64,000 nucleotides of DNA, from positions 32,364,001-32,428,000 of the forward strand of contig OZ024750.1 in NCBI GenBank assembly GCA_964016885.1. The letters run 5' to 3'. Shown here one piece after another: positions 54,479-64,000 of the stretch (within the stretch, counting starts at the first letter, position 1; every line of letters begins with the position of its first letter). The notes under the pieces are model-generated. The model was given only the letters and a program-made list of their open reading frames with translations. It searched no databases and was not told the origin of the DNA. The DNA comes from Eledone cirrhosa (Eukaryota). The position numbers and the translations under genes are program-made.

Positions 54479-55035
54479 TATAAGATTCAATTATAATATA
54501 CATATGATAGGGATTTTATATAGGAATCTACAACCAGATTTCGGTAGCTCTTCCGTACTTTGAACTGTTAATCCATCTCTATCATGATTCCTCCATAGGC
54601 TGACCATGATGCTCTCATGAAATGACCAAATGAGGTTAATGTTCAACATAGTCGAGAAATAAACAACGCACTTATTAATAAGAAGAGTTGAAATTATTGC
54701 TTGCAAGATTCCATAGTGAGACACTCAGTCGACTCTCGTATCTAGAACAGAAATCAGTGAATTAGTAGCATTTTTCTGAAGCTACAGTCTATTATAAATG
54801 TGAATTAAGGAGGACAAGCTGCTAAATTATTTATAGTTAGTCGTCCTTTATCTTCATACTAATTTCCTATATTATTATTGTATGAAGATGTTTTACTCAT
54901 TTATAATGTAATTGCTAATAGATTGTAATCTGTAACAATCCTTAAATCATCCATAATCTGTATTTCATACGACCTTGCCTGCTTGCCTCTTGGTTTCACT
55001 TTCGGCAATTGTCCAATTGGTTTAATTCAGCTGTT

Positions 55036-55388
55036 AGGTTCAGTTGAAAATTTCATAGGCTGACTATGAATGAGTGATGCTAGAGATGTAAAATCATCCA
55101 TGCATTAATTTCAACTCTTCTTATTGATAACTGAATTTTTATTTCCTATGTTGAAAAATAAACCTCATTTGGTCATTCCATGAGAGAATCTTGGCCAGCC
55201 TATGAACTTTAGTTTAACTATGAAGGAGTGATGCTAGAACTCTGAAATCTTGCATGCATTAATTTCAATTCTTCTTATTAATAACGTCATTGTTTCTTTC
55301 CAGAGGTGACTATATTGAAAAATAAACCTCCTTTGGTCATTCCATGAGAGTATCTTGGTCAGCTTATGAACTTTCCAATCGACCCTCG
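55036..55388. mobile_element. Mariner-type MITE (family of 471-826)
   Basis: right end TATGAACTTTCCAATCGACCCTCGT; two internal tandem units. Confidence 0.7.
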
Positions 55389-56264
55389 TTTGTACCCGCA
55401 GTAGAAATGATTTCATTTCTTGTTATAATATCTTTCAACAGGTTTTCCATTCCTACTTCTATAACGTCTTCTGTGTATTTTATTCATAATATGATACGAA
55501 TATTCTTACTGAAGTATATATTTCGTTGCTGTTATCGGTATTTGATTAATCTAGCTGCTGTTCATTCACAAATATATTTTTGCTCACGAAAGGAACGGTA
55601 GATGCATCTCTTCTATATTTCCTGCTATGGGCATGGATGAACTTGCAAATATGCGTAGTATTCTTAAACCTAGTGGTACACTCGATAGAGATGTTTAAAA
55701 CCTTTATGTGGCAAATCAAGCAAATATCAAAACAGCCAGAAATATCCTATTTGTGCTAGCCTGGAAAACCAGATGCAAAACCGTTAAATTGAGATAATCG
55801 CTGAATGGAAATATAAATGTTATAACATCAAAACCAAACTGAAACAGTCGAAATCTACGTGAGTTGGAAAAGAAAACTAAAACCATTTCATAAATAAATG
55901 CTTTCTTGACTTCAATCCTATTACTGCAAACTTTGTTGTGCCACCTCAAGCTATTAACTGCTGGTTTATCAGGCACCATAATCCATGCTTTGATCTCGAC
56001 GGGGAAATTCAGAAAAAAAAATGAACGGCAATATATTAGCAAGCTGGTTGAAGACCAATTATAGCTTATGTGCTTTATCCAAGTAAATGCAATGACTGCA
56101 AAGAAATATAAACACCCACCCTTGAAGTTTCTAGTCTAATATCATATTCACTTTACAACTATGTATCATTATCATCGACTATATATATGTATATATATGT
56201 ATGTGAATGTACGCGTGCGTGAGTGTGTGCTATTCATCTATAGAACTTAATTCAGAATAAAACT

Positions 56265-56308
<44 letters not shown>

Positions 56309-56390
56309 TTGTGTCTCTGTATGTGTAGCTGTGTGTATTATTCATCCATAAAGCTTACTTTAGACTAAAGCACACACGCACACACACACA

Positions 56391-56463
<73 letters not shown>

Positions 56464-56518
56464 GTTTGTATATGGGTGGGAATGAATGTATGTGTGCATG
56501 AGTGTGTACTATTCATCC

Positions 56519-56554
<36 letters not shown>

Positions 56555-57261
56555 TTGTGTGAGAGAGAGACCGTGTGTGTATGGATGTGTAGACGTGCGT
56601 GTATATGAGTGAGTGCTACTCAACCATAAAGCTTACTTCACACTAAAATTGTCTACGAAATAAAATATGACTACGAAAGCAAGGCGTGTAAATCTAAACC
56701 AAACAATGTGGAATGTGAAGACTTTCTTCCTCTTTCTCTAAATATTTTAAATCGATCTTAACTTTGATGAGAAAGAACATAACAGCAAATCAACTCCTAT
56801 GTCTCTAAAGTCGCATTTCAATTAATTGTGCTACCTTCAAAAGGAATGTTACTCTACCTATATTCACAATTACAGTGACGTATTGCTTTGTTTCATCTTT
56901 TCTCAAGAAAATATTACTAAAGGTTCATACACAGCAGGGTTAAACAGAGACACAGACAAATCCTGCATATTTTAGTCAGAGAAATCTCTCTTCGCTGCTC
57001 TCTTCTGTCTCTATCGGATAAATGGCTGTGTATTTATGTGTGTGTTTTTATGTATTATAGGTAAACTGGAGTGCTGAGTTGTCTAAATTTCAAGTTAGTG
57101 TTTTGTTAAAGATAGGTAAATGTATTACAAAACTCAAATAATTATTGAAGTTGGTATGGTGGAGTAAAACACTTGAAGGCACTGTCCCCTCCTCCTCCTC
57201 CTCCTCCTCCTTCTTATTCTCCTTTAGAATTCAAAGGATAATTATGCAAGTTGATGGAACT

Positions 57262-57693
57262 AGGAACGTAGTATGTAGTATAAGATGTATTGAGGGAAAT
57301 TGTAGGAATTAGAACATAACATACATAGGTAGAAGAGGCCGTAACATATGAGAAGGATAAAGTGTAAGTGAACGCTGGCGAGAACTCCAGGATAGGAAAA
57401 ACTCATCAGTACTCCACCAACATGCGAAAATAGAACATAGAGGCATATTAGAGACCATAGAGATAAAAATGATATCCACACATAGAAAAGATGCAATGCC
57501 AAGACAAATCACAGAGGCAACAAATATAAACGAACTCCAACCGAAATTAAACAGAAAACATGAGTAAAATAGCAACATCACAACTAGTAATTAAGGACAA
57601 AATGAAGACATACAGACACACACAAAAACTAAACTAACAAATCAAATCACACCAACACAGATAGAAAGAACAGCCAACAAGTGACAAATAAAT
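57262..57693 (+). mobile_element. Dispersed repeat, colinear version of the segments rearranged at 13720-14000
   Basis: shared AAAATGATATCCACAC, GACAAATCACAGAGGCAAC and CACAACTAGTAATTAAGGACAAAATGAAGACA. Confidence 0.75.
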
Positions 57694-57694
57694 T

Positions 57695-58100
57695 GTGATC
57701 CCAATCTTTGCTCCCAGATACAGTAAGTCCTCAACCGAATCTAGCGGCTTCCCGCCTACATTAGTAATCTTCTCTGGCTTCTTAATGTTTTCTACTAGAT
57801 ACGCCGTCTTAATCTCATTCATTCTCAGCCCCACACTCATCGATACTGTCTCCACCTCTGGCATCAACTCCTGCTTCACTGTGTTTGTCACCAAAAGTAT
57901 GTCGTCAGAATATTCGGCATATGATATCTTTTTAGCCGTAACTCTCCTGCTCTGAGCCAGTGCTACAGTAAAGTTAAATGCTGGTGTCTCTACATCCGAA
58001 GGCGCATACAATAGTCCACTACAATGATGAAAAAGGTAGGAAGTCAATGTATTTGAATGGAGAACACCAGCCAGTATCTCGAAGAACTCCATCATCTCGT
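57695..58100 (-). pseudogene. RTE-clade reverse transcriptase fragment
   Basis: [17 protein letters not shown] (YADD-like), GLRMNEIKT and VEDLLYLG motifs. Confidence 0.85.
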
Positions 58101-58294
58101 CAGGTATGTATATATATATATATGTGTGTGTAAATATGTATATGTGTATATATATATGTATATATATATGTATGTATATATGTATGTATATATAATTGAG
58201 TATATATATGTATATGAGTATATGTATATGTATATATATGTATGTATATATATGTGTGTATATATATGTGTATATATATGTATATATATATATT

Positions 58295-58515
58295 GTAGGA
58301 ACGATCGACTTTTTGTCAAATCGGACCGAGGGAACAATGTTTCCGTTGGTCTTTCCAATTGCTAATACTATCTATCGGTCGCAACTCCAGGTAGAAGGAG
58401 CAACGTGAAATAAAGTGTCTTGCTGAAGGACATAACGCATCGCCTGGTCCAGGAATCGAACTCACAACCTTATGATTGCGAATACAATTCTCTAACCACT
58501 CAGCCACACGCCTTC
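58295..58515 (-). mobile_element. SINE family B
   Basis: GGAATCGAACTC B-box and TAACCACTCAGCCA A-box read on the plus strand. Confidence 0.8.
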
Positions 58516-58517
58516 AC

Positions 58518-59508
58518 TATATATATGTGTGTATATATATGTATGTATGTGTGTATATATATGTATGTATGTATGTATATATATATATGTATGTACATAT
58601 ATATATATGTATGTTTATATATATATATATATGTATGTATGTATGTATATATGTATGTATATATATATGTATGTATATATATATATATGTATGTTTATAT
58701 ATGTAGGTTTATATATATATGTATATATATGTATATATATATATGTATATATATGTATATATATGTATGTATATATATGTATATATATGTATATATATGT
58801 ATGTATATATATGTATATATATGTATATATATGTATGTATATATATGAATATATATATATGTATATATATGTATATATATATATGTATATATATGTATAT
58901 ATATATGTGTATATATATATGTATATATGTGTATATATATATGTATATATGTGTATATATATATGTATATATATGTATATATATATGTGTATATATATAT
59001 ATGTGTATATATATATATATGTGTATATATATGTGTATATATATATGTGTATATATGTGTATATATATGTGTATATATATATGTGTATATACATGTATAT
59101 ATGTGTATATATATGTGTATATACATGTATATATGTATATATATACGTGTATATACATGTATATATATATATACGTGTATATAAATGTATATATATATAT
59201 ATGTGTTTGTATATATGTATATATATATATATATTTGTATATATATATACATGTATATACATATATATATGTGTGTGTGTATGTATATATATGTATATAT
59301 ATATACATTTATATACATATATATATATGTGTGTGTGTGTATATATATATATGTATATATATATACATGTATATACATATATTTATATATGTGTGTGTGT
59401 ATATATATATGTATATATATATACATGTATATACATATATATATATATGTGTGTGTGTGTATGTGTGCGTATATATATATATATGTGTGTACATACTGTA
59501 TACATACA
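58518..59508. repeat. Compound (TA)/(TG) microsatellite
   Basis: direct reading. Confidence 0.95.
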
Positions 59509-59978
59509 TTGGGATAGGAAAAGATTGATGTTAGATAAATCTATACGCACGAATGATCCTATTTTGTCCGTCCAAGCAATTACATAAATGCCAAAAGAAA
59601 AGCTGAAATAAGAGTCTTTGGGATAAAAGAAGTTATAACGATCAATATTTCTGTCAGTTAAGGCTGAATGCTATTCCTTACAAATATTATTTGTTTGGTC
59701 TATCTCTGATCGACTTAGGAAATCTACTTGTGGAACGATTCATAGATGGTTTTTCCAAGCCTGCATACACATGTAATATCTCCAAATATATCGAACACAG
59801 ATATAAGAGAAATACAACACATATATAATGAAAATTATTGAAGCATGTAGAGGAAGCTATAGCTTCATTGCCAAACAAAAACTCCGAAAAGCAAGTATCA
59901 CACCTTGATTCGTCTCATATTCTATAAATCTTCAGTATATTCATTGTTAATTATGTAAGTATACAAACATATATAAGT

Positions 59979-60015
<37 letters not shown>

Positions 60016-60140
60016 TGTATATATATATACATATACATATATACATATATATATACATATATATATATATACATATATACATATATATATACATATATAT
60101 ATATATACATATATATATATACATATATACATATATATAT

Positions 60141-60171
<31 letters not shown>

Positions 60172-60238
60172 TATTTACATACACATATATATATATACAT
60201 ATATCTATATATATATATATATATACATATATACAATA

Positions 60239-60582
60239 TTAAATAAATGGAAACTATATTTATAAAACCATATTTATTTCATTATATATATTTCAGGGAT
60301 ATCATATTAACAATATGCTATGCCTTCCTCAGACAAAATACAATATAAACAGTTTTATAGATAAATAGATTTGACATACCGTAACAACATCGACTTGTAT
60401 TTGAAAAGTTGAATTGGCAGATACAAGTCGATGTTGTTACGGTATGTCAAATCTATTTATCTATAAAACTGTTTATATTGTATTTTGTCTGAGGAAGGCA
60501 TAGCATATTGTTAATATGATATCCCTGAAATATATATAATGAAATAAATATGGTTTTACCAATATAGTTTCCATTTATTTAA
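60239..60582. mobile_element. Young, near-perfect 162-bp inverted repeat with a hammerhead in each arm
   Basis: arms 60239-60400 and 60421-60582, 20-nt loop. Confidence 0.85.
60481..60546 (+). ncRNA. Type I hammerhead ribozyme (mirror copy 60275-60340 on the minus strand)
   Basis: tattttgt CTGAGGA aggcatagcatatt gtt aatatgatatccct GAAA tatat ATA atgaaata. Confidence 0.8.
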
Positions 60583-60675
60583 GTTTGTAAATATACTCCA
60601 AATACTTGTCGAGTGCTTTTATATCAGTTATAAATATTTACTAGTTGTAACCCAACAATTTAAATATAACTTTCC

Positions 60676-63522
<2,847 letters not shown>

Positions 63523-64000
63523 GCAAAAGTTTTATTTAAGATTGTTGGGTTACAACGAGTAAATATTTTTATATTAAAATCTAAAAATTCCCTTAATTTA
63601 CGAACCAATTTATTCAGCTGTTGCAGACATAGATTGAACTCATCATTTAAATATAAATATAAATTTAAAATGTAATATAAAATGTAGTATATTTACTTAA
63701 GGTATTTAACTATTTGTGATACTTGGCGATAAATCTTTCGATTCCTTAAATTTTTTAAAAACCTTTCTGCATGAATATATAATTAATGAGATTAAATAAA
63801 CTACCCTATAATTGGCGTTGTCCCCAATCTTTTAAATAAATTTTTAAGCTGGATAAACTTCTATGATAAATATAAGAGCATTTGTAGAATAAGTTTTGAA
63901 TGATTTCTGCTAAATAAGGCTTGATGAACAATTTTGGTTTTGTTTGCTTTCGACTCTGATTCTATGACCGATATGCGTGGCATACTATGTTCTCTTGCGT

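Noticed and set aside
55716-56042. 108-aa ORF
   Set aside because: No recognisable motif; length compatible with chance

Overview
AT-rich, microsatellite-dense eukaryotic non-coding DNA (intron or intergenic). The SINE families and the very long (TA)n arrays suggest a cephalopod, probably Octopus (inference). I cannot support any host protein-coding gene, and almost all listed ORFs are translations of simple repeats. Recognisable mobile DNA includes tRNA-derived SINEs, 3' fragments of RTE, Vingi and CRE-like LINEs, mariner-type MITEs and a non-autonomous Helitron. The main hidden signal is about 20 type I hammerhead ribozyme (HHR) motifs, intact or decayed, from roughly a dozen otherwise unrelated small non-coding elements. 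Most lie in or next to (TA)n tracts and show inverted arms and/or terminal direct repeats defining ~490-560 nt monomers. This looks like a diverse population of retrozymes or non-autonomous Penelope-like elements, including U3-A8 and U4C core variants and large stem II insertions. All structures were paired by eye and need computational and biochemical confirmation.
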